In this document: positions 26,266-38,440 of the stretch, piece by piece
Position numbering within the stretch: the stretch's first letter is position 1
How the letters are laid out: every line of letters starts with the position of its first letter
Source: Octopus sinensis
Taxonomy: Eukaryota
Length of the DNA stretch: 64,000 nucleotides
Reading direction: 5' to 3'
NCBI RefSeq assembly: GCF_006345805.1
Contig: NC_042999.1
Location: 157,852,001-157,916,000, forward strand
Notes under the pieces: generated by a model
The model's database searches: none
Seen by the model: the letters and a program-made list of their open reading frames with translations, nothing else
What the model was told of the DNA's origin: nothing
Translations under genes and position numbers: made by a program

Positions 26266-26643
26266 GCACTCCGTCGGTTACGACGATGAGGGTTCCGGTT
26301 GATCCGAATCAACGGAACAGCCTGCTCGTGAAATTAACGTGTAAGTGGCTGAGCACTCCACAGACACGTGTACCCTTAACGTAGTTCTCGGGGATATTCA
26401 GCATGACACAGAGAGTGACAAGGCCGGCCCCTTGAAATACAGGTACAACAGAAACAGGAAGTAAGAGTGAGAGAAAGTTGTGGTGAAAGAGTACAGCAGG
26501 GATCACCACCATCCCCTTCCGGAGCCTCGTGGAGCTTTAGGTGTTTTCGCTCAATAAACACTCACAACGCCCGGTCTGGGAATCGGAACCGCGATCCTAT
26601 GACCGCGAGTCCGCTGCCCTAACCACTGGGCCATTGCGCCTTC
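26266..26643 (-). mobile_element. SINE, head B plus tail 2
   Basis: Head and body as 4038-4230; tail as 41890-42064 (CTCGTCGTCGTAACCG.CGGAGT). Confidence 0.85.
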
Positions 26644-26872
26644 ACCATTTGATGATAATACACAAATGAATGAACATGTAAGTTCTGTGCTTTCTTAACA
26701 CAAACCTAATTTTAAGGATGATGGGAAAGTGAAGTAGCTTAGTGAGAGATTCATAAGGACAGTTGCTGGATTAGGGAAGTGAAATGACATCAGCCGTGGA
26801 GGACAGCAGTGTCATGATGTTGGTTTTTTGGATGCTTCGCGGGCAATTGCCTTATATCAATGTTTCTATGAA

Positions 26873-27072
26873 CGGCGAAATGGCAGAATCATTAGAACAT
26901 CTGATAGAATGCTTCGTAGAGCTCTGAGTTCAAATCTTGCTGAGGTCAGCTTTGCGTTAATTCCTTTCGAGTTGATAAATAAGTGCAAATTGGCGGAATT
27001 GTAAGAACATCGGAACTTAGGTTTTATATTTGTTCCGGCTCTTTGTGTTCTGAGTTCCAATCCCGCCGACGC
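26873..27072 (+). mobile_element. Two tandem degenerate SINE family D heads
   Basis: GGCGAAATGGCAGAATC...GAGTTCAAATC..GAGGTCAGCTTTGC resembles 55727 and 61958. Confidence 0.55.
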
Positions 27073-28419
27073 CTTCTTTAGTGGTAAACTTCATCCGTCG
27101 CCCATTCTAACATCACCACCAGATTCCTTGGAGGCTTTGTGTGAGTTCACTCAGGTGAAAAAAAAAAAAAAGGCTAGGTTTCCGTTTTGAGGATACCTTC
27201 CTCCTTCCCTCTCACATGTCTCAAGGAAGGCCCCTGTAATAGGCGATGAGTACAGCATTTCTGCCCGATTAGAAGGTATAAAATATGTATTAACATTTTC
27301 AAATGAAAATTTAAGGTCAAACTACTGCCTTCCCTTTTCACGCAAATACAAAACATCAATTATATAAAGAAAATGGATTATGTAGAAAGAAATAACCACT
27401 CCACTTTAAGGATAAGTGCTGTTGTGTTATCTTATCAAGAATGTTTGCCTCGCCATTTACTCAGTTCAGTTTAGATAGTAGAGTAGAGCGCTTCATCGGA
27501 CACCTGTTTCGTTCTCACGGTTATCTCGTCTGTTACAACTAACACGTGAATGACAAACGTAATCAAAAAGAAAACAATGACCAAACAATAAATACAATGA
27601 ATGTTAATGATATTCTCACGTTACAAGAATGATCGGCGAAAAACATCGTATAAAGTTTAGTTAGTCATAAGCGTTATAACTTTTCAATGGAATCTAATGT
27701 CTAAGTTTTTCGAAGATGCACTTCTAATTCCCCATTGAGAACATAGCAAACAACCCAACCTCGATCGATATTGAGTTACATTAGGTTTGTCTGCAATAGC
27801 AAGATGAACTTCAGGTACATTTGTATTGCATATTTCTTCAGTAGCTCTGATGAAACCAGATTAAATATGTGGATTATGAAAAACAGATATTAACTATTTC
27901 TGTTGTGCATTATCAATGTTTAAATATGATTACTGTTTTATGTAAGAATATTAACACTAAAATAATAACATTTTTAAAAGGTTTGTCGACAAGAGCTTAT
28001 TCAATACATTCACTTTATAGACAAATTAAGCCTGACCAACTGGCATTCATCGAATATTTCTCCTGTACAGCTGCTGTAGAGTAATAAGGTCGTCTGAATC
28101 AATAAACCACAGCACAGATAATTGGATTCAACTCCTAAAATACCTGTCGTCAGAGCGGGAGAATTGGAGACGCGCATAGTTTTACTAATTTCCCCATGTT
28201 TCAGTTAGAGATAATCTGGATTATTATACATGCAAAAGTTAGTCAAAATAGTGGTGGAGTATGCTTCAATTACACAGAAACAGCATATACACATTCTCCC
28301 TATATACACATATACATAATACACATACACACGGATTACATACACTCATTATATATACACATATGTATATATGTATATGTATACATATGCATATATATAT
28401 GTATATATATATATGTATG

Positions 28420-28452
<33 letters not shown>

Positions 28453-28510
28453 CTTTCTTTTACTTTCTTTTACTTGTTTCAGTCGTTTGACTGCGGCCAT
28501 GCTGGAGCAT

Positions 28511-28581
<71 letters not shown>

Positions 28582-28735
28582 ATGAATATGGTACTTAAGT
28601 TAGATGCACCAGAATTTTGTATGGTGTTATCCATATAAATCCATGAGGTGATTATAATCAAAATAAGCAACAAGAATAAGCAAAATAAGCAACGATCGTA
28701 CCAAATTACCGAAGTTATTCTTGTTGCTTTTTTTG

Positions 28736-28776
<41 letters not shown>

Positions 28777-28850
28777 ATATATATGTATATATATATATAT
28801 ATGTGTGTGTGTGTATGTGTGTATGTGTGTGCATGTGCATATATACATGT

Positions 28851-29065
28851 AGAGGCGCGTGATTTAGTACTTAGGGTGTTGCTGTTAAGATCGTAAGTTT
28901 GTGACTCCTATTCATGGACTAGGCGATACGTTGTGCCCTTGAGTAAAACAATTCATTTCTCGTGCCTTCAGTCCACTTAGCTGGAAAAAACGAAGAATAA
29001 TCGTGCGACGCACTGGTGTCTCCTTCAGAAGGGGAGGAATATATCTGCCACAGAATCCTATGATT
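28851..29065 (+). mobile_element. SINE, head C plus tail 3 (degenerate)
   Basis: Head resembles 41744; tail GCGACGCACTGGTGTCTCC..GCCACAGAA resembles 58068-58112. Confidence 0.6.
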
Positions 29066-29113
29066 CAGGAAGGACTCCAGAAACTTTTCGATATATATAT
29101 ATACATGTATATG

Positions 29114-29155
<42 letters not shown>

Positions 29156-29156
29156 T

Positions 29157-29203
<47 letters not shown>

Positions 29204-29274
29204 TATATATATGTATATATATTATATATATATTATATATATATATATATGATATATATATATATATATATATA

Positions 29275-29328
<54 letters not shown>

Positions 29329-29419
29329 TGTATATACTAATACAATTGTTCGTTTGTTTTCCACCTGTCTTCGTCCTTTGTTTATTTTCATAAAGCTTCC
29401 CGTTATATATATATATATA

Positions 29420-29480
<61 letters not shown>

Positions 29481-29534
29481 GTATGTATATATACATATGT
29501 ATATGTACATATATATATGTATATATATACATAT

Positions 29535-30262
29535 ATATTTATATTGTATAGAGGGCATTATTACACATAAATGCCTCACGCTAAGGGGGACATAAGTCAT
29601 TACTACCAAAATTTAACTAATCATACCTAATGCAGTTCCCGAAGCAAGACATTTAAAAAACTGAATTTAGTTCTATATCACCTGTGATTTTACAATTAAC
29701 GCATCAAATACGTCTGTTGTTCATCAGTAGAACAGATTCTGAACACATCATAAATAAACAACCAACATACCTAGCGAAGCCAAACAGACATCTTCTCCCC
29801 TCGGCGAAGCACATGGAAATGTTTATTCATCATATATTCAGTAAATGGCGGGCTCTTTCGAACTGCATGTCGGTAGGAAAAGTTTTTCTTCGGAATAAAT
29901 TTAACAATTAAGGATAAAATCTCAATAAGGAATCTTAAGAAATTATCAGGTAGTTAGCGTGAAAAACCTCATAAGAGAAAAAATTCGAAAATAATTTTTT
30001 CACTTGAAAATATTTATTTATATTGTATAGAGGGCATTATTACACATAAATGCCTCACGCTAAGAGGGACATAAGTCATTACTACCAAAATTTAACTAAT
30101 CATACCTAATGCAGTTCCCGAAGCAAGACATTTAAAAAATTGAATTTAGTTCTATATCACCTGTGATTTCACAATTAACGCATCAAATACGTCTGTTGTT
30201 CATCAGTAGAACAGATTCTGAACTGTTAAGATTCCTTATTGAGATTTTATCCTTAATTGTTA
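29535..30262. repeat. Local direct duplication (about 210 bp) with an adjacent short inversion
   Basis: 29535-29745 recurs at 30014-30223; 29905-29938 is inverted at 30224-30262. Confidence 0.85.
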
Positions 30263-30459
30263 AATATATACATATATATGTATATATATACATATATATA
30301 TATGTGTGTGTATATATATATATGTATATATATACATATATATATGTATATATAATATGTATATATATATATGTATATATAGAAAGTATATATATATGTA
30401 TATATATATACATATATATTTGTATATATATAGATATAATTACACATATGTTATATATG

Positions 30460-30490
<31 letters not shown>

Positions 30491-30505
30491 TATATATATA
30501 TAATA

Positions 30506-30862
30506 TATCGTGAAGTATATTTGCCACATAAATGCGGCTAACCCTTCAGGGTGGATGTTACTGTAGCTTGTAGCCCCAGGAGGACACCTACTTTTTTTAA
30601 CTATTGATACACTTTCTGTGCCCTATGAATATTTGCAAAAGGAAGCCATCCTTTGCATCTCCAACGTGACCCAGAAACTCCAGTGCGAGTGTATCATGTC
30701 AGGATGGAGATGGGAAGGATGGCTTCCCTTTGCAAATATTGTTACGGCACAGAAAGCGTATCAATATCCAGCTGGAGGAGGTGTCTTCCTGGGGCTACAA
30801 GCTACAGTAGCATCCACCCTTAAGGGTTAGCCACATTTAAGTGGCAAATATACTTCACGATG
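30506..30862. mobile_element. Long-TIR MITE with TA TSD (Tc1/mariner-type)
   Basis: About 155-bp arms ATCGTGAAGTATATTTGCCAC.. / ..GTGGCAAATATACTTCACGAT, flanked by TA at 30504-30505 and 30863-30864. Confidence 0.85.
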
Positions 30863-31332
30863 TAGTGCAGCTACTGTTTATACCTCGCCTAGATATTTAT
30901 TATTGCTTATACATATATAACTCAACGCATAAACACAAGAACACACACATACATACACACACACACACACACGCACACACTACAAACAAAACACACACAC
31001 AATACATATAATACACGCACACACACACACACACTTCAAACTAGCAGTACCTTTCACTGACCATTCTTCCACATGGGTAGATAGACATAAGAGCCACTCC
31101 TAATTCATTCTTCCTTGACCTTAAACAATACTAAGCCCCACCACACACATAGATTAAAAGCCACAACCACACACACACACACGTGTTATCCTTGCACACA
31201 TACACACACACGCACACGCAGACTTGCGCGCACGCACATATTCACACTTACACATACATACCTCCTCTTGCGCTCTCCTGTCTTTGAAAGAACTTTTTCT
31301 TCACCCATTCCCTTCCGGTCATTCAAAATGTG

Positions 31333-31520
31333 ACCGCGTGTGTACCGTTGGCGATTTTTTCCTCCGTCTTCCCTTCTTTGGATCTTTCCTTTTCCTATGT
31401 TTCTGAAGAAGAGCTCCACTCCAAACGTTAAACGCTCCTTCTTTCCTGAGCGTCCAATAATACTATACTTGCTCCACGTCCTCGTGTTGTTGTGTTTTCA
31501 TGTTTGGATTAACTTTATAT
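31333..31520 (+). mobile_element. Repeat family E copy
   Basis: GTTT-CTGAAGA-A-GAGC-TCC-ACTC-CAAA-CGTT-AAAC at 31399-31433. Confidence 0.7.
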
Positions 31521-31639
31521 ATATGATTGATTGATTGATTGATTGATTCCAGTTTCAGCTTATGAGCTGTGGCCATGCTGGGGCACCGCCATTTGGTGTT
31601 GCTACTTGGTTTCACTTCATGGAGGCTTTCTAGCAACTG

Positions 31640-34565
31640 CTATTTGGTGCATGAGAGAGTTCGATGCAGCTGCCCTCATCTGCCCTCCTGCCGTGAAGTT
31701 GGTTCATCTGGGACACCTGACAGGAAGAGATCCAGCTCCATTTTAAAAGACATCTGTATCCACCCCATGCAGGTCTCTCAGGTTCTTCGGGAGGATATTG
31801 AAGAGCTGTGGGCCTCGGAAGCCCAGGCTATCACAGAATCTTGTCCTACATCTTGATGGCAAGTTTGGAGTCCTAGGCACCACGCAGTGGCGCCCAGTTC
31901 TGGCGTTTGCGTAACTCTCAATGCCAAAGTTCAGGACACTTCCCTCCAGGATCTTCCAGATGTATATTATGGCATATCTTTCCCGCCTACGCTCCAGGGA
32001 ATATAATTTTAATCTCTTGAGTCTTTCCCAGTAGCTTACATTCTGCATAGAGGCTATCTTCTTCGTGTAGCTTCGTTGGATCACCTCAAGTTCTGTGATC
32101 AACTTGACACTGGATGGTGACCATAGCTGAGAGCAATAGTCAAAGTGACTTAGGACAAGTGTCTTCCAGAGGACCATCATGGTTTCTTGTTCTCTTGTTC
32201 TAAAGGTTCTAAGAATCCATCCAGCCAGCCGTCTGCATTTCACTGTCAGTTAGCAACATGTACATGAAAGGTCGCGTCATCACTCATGTGAATACCCAGG
32301 TCACGCACTGATTGTGCCTCTGGATTGCAATCCCTCGGGGTCCAGTGTATTCCTTGGTATTGCATTCATTTTGCATGCTGATAGTATAAAGCTTGACACT
32401 TTTCAGCATTGAACTGCATGCTATTCTTTTCAGCCCACTTGTATATTCGTCCAGCTCATATTGCAGGTGCCTAGTGTCTTCAGGGTTCTGTATTGCCTGT
32501 GAAACTTTTGTATCATCTGCATAACTTGTGATCGTGGCTCTCCGCGTGCTGAGGGCATGTCTGAGAGGGGCCATTATGAACAATAGTGGTCCCAAAACAG
32601 TGCCCTGTGGAACACCGCCACTATTTGCGTGCTAATGGAAGTGGCCCCATTGGCTACTACCACCTGACTTCTATTCTTCAGAAAGTCGTGAAGCCATTCT
32701 CCTAGTTTTCCAACTATGCCAAGATCACGCAGTTTGTGACATATCATTCCATGATCGACTTTATCGAAGGCCTTTGCGAAGTCGAGATATATGACTTCCA
32801 CATTTGAGTGGTTGAGCAGTTGTTTCAGCACCCAGTCATAGTGCTGCAGGAGCTGAGTTAACACCTTCTTCCTGGTCGGAAACCATGTGGGTGTCAGGCA
32901 GCAAGTCATTTTCTTCAAGGAAGGTGATTAGTTTCCTTCTGACTATTCGTTCCATGACCTTGCTGATGTGTGAGTCAGAGAGATAGGTCTGTAGTTCTTG
33001 GCCTCCGCTCTGCTATTTCCTTTATGAATAGGGCATATTTTACCTTCCTTCAGTTTTCTTGGAAGTTTGCCAGCTGCAAGGAAGCTCTGAAGAGGAACTG
33101 CAGTGGTCTTGCTAAGACTCTCTTACATACTTTTAGGAGGATTGCCGGAATCCATCGGGGCCAATAGCTGAGTCTCTATTCATTTCATCTATAGCCTTTA
33201 TTACATCATCTTCCTTATATCGATGTAATTTACGTCGCCGCCTCTGATTCTATATCTGCAGTGGTAAAAAGTCAGTTGGATTGCTGATTTGGAAATGCCC
33301 AAGGGGTGGAGTGAAAACACTCTTGAATTGTTCATTCAGTATTTCACTTACCCTCATTGGTTTCCTGTGAGTGTGCCATCCTTTTCAAGGAGTGGCCCTA
33401 TCCTACAGTGCACCGTAGCTGTTTCTTTGGCATACCTGTAGAAAGCTCTGGGGTTAGTTTTTTTGTTGCCTATAGCCCAGGCTTCTTTGTCTGCTCTTTC
33501 CTTCTCATGGAGAGTTTGCAGACAATTTTCAATTTCCAACAGTTTTTATTTTCAGGCGGGGACTTTTCACTGCTTTCAATTTGTTTGTTTAGGCGATTTG
33601 AGATTTTTTGTGGCCCGTCTCATTAAAATTTTCTCTCTCTGGGATTTTGTTCTTGTGTACAGTGGCCTTTCTCTCTGGGACACATTTGTAGCATATGGCT
33701 TGCATTACAGACATGAATTGTTGAAGTATCATGTCGATGTCCGGCGAGGAAGACATTCAGGCCAGTTTTTGTTTGAGGATCTCTTTCTCTCAATTTGTTT
33801 CCAGTTTGCCTTATTGAAGTTCAAGCTGGAAAGACTCTGAGGGTTTCTTGTAGGCTCATGTCCGTGCTCTCTTTTGGCCCGTACATGTCAGCTCTACCAT
33901 GTTTGTGATCCGAGAGTAGTGTCGTGTCACTTCACATTATGGATGAGATCCATATTATTTGTGAAGCAGAGATCCAGTGTGTTACCCGCTCTGGTTGTTT
34001 GGAGTATTACTTGCTCCATGTACAGGGTGTTGGTGAGGTTCAGGAGGGACCGTCCTGCCTCCTCGTTCACATCTTGTCATTCCTGGGAGAGAAAGGCCCT
34101 CGGGCTATCTGACATTCGTAGATTGAAGTCTCCCATGAGAAGTACACTTATGTGTTGTTCTAATGTGGTTAGAACTTCTTCTATTTTAAAAGGCAGTCCT
34201 CAACTTGCCCATATGACTTGGGGCATCTGAGGGCGATATGTAGCACACACAACTACATCAAGTTGCCTTATGTGTACAATTAGTGTGTCACACACCGAGT
34301 TTGAGTATGACAAAAGGACCTGGGGTGTGGGTCCCCACGGATGTACATAGCAACTCCTCCTCCATGACTTCTTTCTTTCTTTCCTGTCGGTCCGTAGTAC
34401 AACATACTGTGGTATGTGTAATTCCGCATCTGCTATGTCCGGTTTCAGATGCGTTTCTGTGAGTGCTATGCATAAGGCTTGATTGCATGCGACAAAGTCT
34501 CTCAGGAACGGGACTTTTGTCCTGTTACTGTGTGTTAGTAGTCCTCTGATGTTCAGTAGGAGCAT
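31640..34565 (-). pseudogene. CR1-like ORF2 (APE plus RT), frameshifted
   Basis: MLLLNIRGL..IALTETHL, YRPISLTSHISKVMERIV, VIYLDFAKAFDKVDHG, YADDTKVS, FDYCSQLWSP, LKLYSLERRRERY. Confidence 0.92.
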
Positions 34566-34599
34566 CGAGGTGAGGTGTATGCTGTTGCCGGTGGTGTCC

Positions 34600-35451
34600 A
34601 CCACCCTGGGTCCATCTGCTGTGGCGGTCTTGTGAACCGTGGGCAGTTCCATCTGCGAGCCTGAGCCTGATGAGCCAGGTTAGCTGCTGTACAATCTTTT
34701 GTGCCATGCACAAAAAAGATTCCTGCTCAGCAGCTGCCCTTTCAACAACACGTTGGTGGTTTGTGGTACGCACCACATCTGCGTACCTCCGTTTTGGGGC
34801 CGGTGATGCGTGGTCCATCCCATTTCCTTTCGGTGGTTGGTTTCTGTGGCAGGGTCCCGGATGTGCAAAGCGGCAGCCTGCACCTTCCTCTCTCATGCCG
34901 GCAGGCACCTCTCAGGTAGAACCTACATACCCGTGTGCGCTGCTTGTTCCATCCTTTTTGCATATGGACAGTTAGGTTTGCTCCTCTATCCCTGGCTGCC
35001 TTGCCCCTTGGCTTTGTCTGAATTTTAGCTTCAGTTTTTCCTCTTTTTTTGGCCTCTTCATCTCCATGTCCATGGCTTTTGGTGGATGGCCGGTAGGAGC
35101 ATCCGTACCTGGTTCACCTCCCGGGCAGGCCTCTCGCTGGAGTTTTCTTCCTGGGCGTCCACCAGGTGGGGGTGACCCTCCTCATCTGCGCCCGCGTCTC
35201 CATCCTTGCCATCTTTACTTTGTTCGCGTTTTTCGCTGTTAAAAATGGCATCCAGTGTGTTTTATGTGCGATCTGACAAGTGCGTATGAGCGTACGAACT
35301 CTTGCCTCTTCCGCTCTATTTGTGCTGACGTCCTTTTGAATCCTTTGTTCCTTAGTGCTGCCGCAATTATGTTACTTGGACTTTCTCCGTCAGCGCATTG
35401 CCATCCTCGCAGGAACCACGCCAGTTCATCACGTTTCCAAGCTCTGGACAT
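34600..35451 (-). pseudogene. CR1-like ORF1 remnant: Myb/SANT-like trihelix, acidic linker, CCCH zinc finger
   Basis: AWKRDELAWFLRGW..IIAAALRNKGFKRTSAQIERKRQEFVRSY; VCRFYLRGACRH..GAGCRFAHP; joined by plausible frameshifts. Confidence 0.6.
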
Positions 35452-36024
35452 TCTTGATATATTATCTATCTATCTAATTATGTTAAGTTATATTAATCCA
35501 ATAGTAGGGGGGTAATAGAGAAAGAGAGCGTCTATGTACTTAAGGAGAGATTGGGAGCCAAGAGAAGAGAGCAAGAGAGAAGAGGAAGAGGAGAGATATT
35601 TTGTCTATCTATCTATCTAATTATATTAAGTTATATTAATCCAATAGTGCAATAGGGGGGTAGGGGGTAATAGAGAAAGAGAGCGTCCATGCACTTAAGG
35701 AGAGATTGGGAGCCAAGAGAAGAGAGCAAGAGAGAAGAGGAAGAGGAGATACTGAGTGCTGAAGGAAGATAGAGAAAGCCTCTATGCCCTCAGAGAGAGA
35801 TTGAGAGCTTAGAGAGGAGAGCTGAGACAGACAGAGAAGCGCAAGGGAGAGAACCGAAGAGACAGACAGAATTCTAAACGAAGCTGTTGGGCCAAGGAGG
35901 GGCGCAGGGAGAGAACTGAAGAGACAGACAGAGAAGCGCAAGGGAGGGAACTAAAGAGACAGACAGAGAAGGGCAAGGGAGAGAACTGAAGAGACAGACA
36001 GAATTCTAAACGAAGCTATTGGGA

Positions 36025-36640
36025 CATACACATGTATACACACACACACATACACACATGTACACACGTGTGCACATGCACATATATAGACAAGAGTAAC
36101 AAGTGAGTATATAAAGAAACAAAAATAATAATGAAACATATATAAACATATATTACAAAAGTAATAATAGTGAGAAATTATAAGACAATAATAATAATAA
36201 AAATAAAACAGCTGAAAGAAAACAGGCCAGGAGGTTTTACAGAGTTTATATATATATATGTAGTATGTACACACACACATATATATATAACACACACACA
36301 TATATACACACACATATATTTAACAAGTGATAATAATAATAGATAATAAAATAGAATAATAATAATTATAAATAGTAATAAACGCTGAAAGAAAACAAGC
36401 CAAGAGATTTTACAGAGTTTGTACATATACATATAATATATACACACACATACATATACAATACATATACACACACATATATATCTAAGCAGAGGAAAAG
36501 AGAAAAGGGAATATATACATTTGTCCGCCGCAACAGACAAATTCTTCTATAACAAAACTAATTGCGACTATACTTCTAATAATAATAATAATAAAACAGC
36601 TGAAAGAAAACACGCCAGGAGGTTTACAGTTTAAGCAAAG
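36025..36640. repeat. Degenerate tandem repeat (three copies of AACAGCTGAAAGAAAACA.GCCAGGAGGTTT-like unit with microsatellite spacers)
   Basis: Copies near 36205, 36382 and 36596. Confidence 0.7.
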
Positions 36641-37001
36641 AAAAAAAAAGAAATGGCAATATATATTTATTTCGCTACAGACAATGTCTCTTAAGATAAA
36701 CTACAATACGATTCTACTACTAACACACACACACATGCATGGATATATAGATATATACGCACATGTACGCATATACATATATAAACAGAGTAACAGGTAA
36801 TTTATAGATAATAGATATAACGAAATTAACAGTAACAAGAATTTGTGATACGTTTTTGCGAGGATATAAACAGGATTATATATATATATTATATATTCCT
36901 TCTTCCCTCTTTCCTGAGCGCCTAATAATAATACTTTAATTGTTCAACGTGTTGTTGTTTTTTTCTGTTTTCCCGTTTGGATTAACCTTATATATATATA
37001 C

Positions 37002-37389
37002 TTATGAAAGATCCCACTTCAAAAGTCTTAGATGGTGATGATTCTTCATTTGTTTTACATGAATAGTGTGTCGCATCTTCGCAACTAGCAACAAATTTCC
37101 AGCAGGTAATCTCACCTTTAGGACCAAATTTAGCTGGAGTACAATCGAAACCCTTTCGCTTGACTACTGGCTTAAACCTTTTTTCCGACCGGTCGAAATC
37201 ACTTTGGAAAATAATGTTATCGTTTTGCATGAGAAAAAACTGAACGAAAAGATTTTTTACATAATACTGACAGGTTATACTTATTCCAGTGGAAGGTCCA
37301 ACCTCAATAGTTTCAGGTTTCATTTTTATAATCTTAATCCAGGCCGAAGTGTAAGAAGCCATTATCAGCATCATCATAGCTAACAACAT
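37002..37389 (-). CDS. Host gene coding exon: signal peptide plus Ig-like domain (secreted or cell-surface protein)
   Basis: Polypyrimidine tract plus AG acceptor at 37397-37398, ATG at 37389, MLLAMMMLIMASYTSA hydrophobic leader, then ISITCQY..GFDC..EITCWK..SCEDATHYSCKT (D-x-x-x-Y-x-C). Ends at a weak phase-1 donor (GTATAT, 37001) or reads through to the stop at 36988. Confidence 0.7.
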
Positions 37390-37659
37390 CGTTGATCTTG
37401 AGCAACAAGTATAAAGCAAAAGGGAAAATGATCGTCGGCTCCCAGAACCTAGAAATATTACGAAAAGATGTGTCTGGTACCAAAATTGAAGTCGATTTCT
37501 ATTTAAAACAAATTTACTCGGCATAGGTGGCAAGCCATATGAAGAAACGCACGTCTTCTTTACTTCTTCCTTCATCATTAACGTTTCTTGGTATTTGAAC
37601 CTAGTTACTAAAGGAAAACAAGGGTATGTTAGGAATGTATAGTGTCCACTTTTTGTCCT

Positions 37660-38440
37660 GGCATGTCGACGGGAAATCCAACATACGGTATTGAAACTGA
37701 CAAACTTCGACTTCACAGACGACCTGTTACTCTTTAGTACCCCATTTTCGGTTGTACAAGACATGGCCATCACTCTCAATAACAGAAGCTAAAAGGTTGT
37801 TTTTGAGATTATCAATGAAAAGGAAAAAAATGTGTGAGGCAAAACAACAACACTTCTAGTCGGAATGCCAGACTCTGGAGATCCTTGAGTCGTCCACGTG
37901 ATTTGGTAGTACCATCGCTAAAGACGGAAACTTGGAAAGTGATGTGGAAAAGAAACTCGAAAAAACAGTACCTGAACTCTGTATGGTTCAACTCCGCCAT
38001 CAACCAAAGCACCAAATTCTGCCTGTATGTATCCATTGTCATGACCGGCGACTTCTGTTTCTAAGGTCTGCAGTAACATCAGCAGATTCTATACAACAGC
38101 AGACGTCTTCGACAGACGTTGCTTTGGGGCAATACAATAAATCTCTTGGTGTGACCACAACAAGAATGAAGTCACGCACTTAGTAATCGTCAGGATACAT
38201 TATTGTGAAGTAGTGGGAGATGCTCAGCCATTTGCTACTCATATCCATGCAAAGGCTAGTGAGAACCTCTCTCGGAATGTAAATCAGGAAAGAGTCGTTG
38301 GCGGCGAGGCACATCTATGAAAGCCTAGTTAAGGAATTTGGAGGAGGAGATCCTGGCAAATATTAACTTTGCCTGAGAGTTGTCTCATGACAGGACTTGC
38401 CATCGATGTGTGCGCCGTTGTTCAGGCGGTCAAGTGAGAA
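37660..38440 (+). pseudogene. Ancient RTE-clade RT remnant
   Basis: KLTNFDFTDDLLLFS, FGSTIAKDGNLESDVEKKL, STKFCLYVSIV correspond to RTE motifs DLDFADD, YLGS.I..DG, TKLRLY.S.V. Confidence 0.65.

Larger units (their letters stand above)
31525..36025 (-). mobile_element. Near full-length decayed CR1-like LINE with (AATC)n tail
   Basis: APE and RT motifs, CCCH-containing ORF1, tandem-repeated 5' region (5' boundary uncertain). Confidence 0.88.

Noticed and set aside
37399-37779. N-terminal half of the 263-aa ORF 36988-37779
   Set aside because: Lies upstream of a clear splice acceptor and is largely antisense to an RTE RT remnant; only the part from ATG 37389 looks like a real protein
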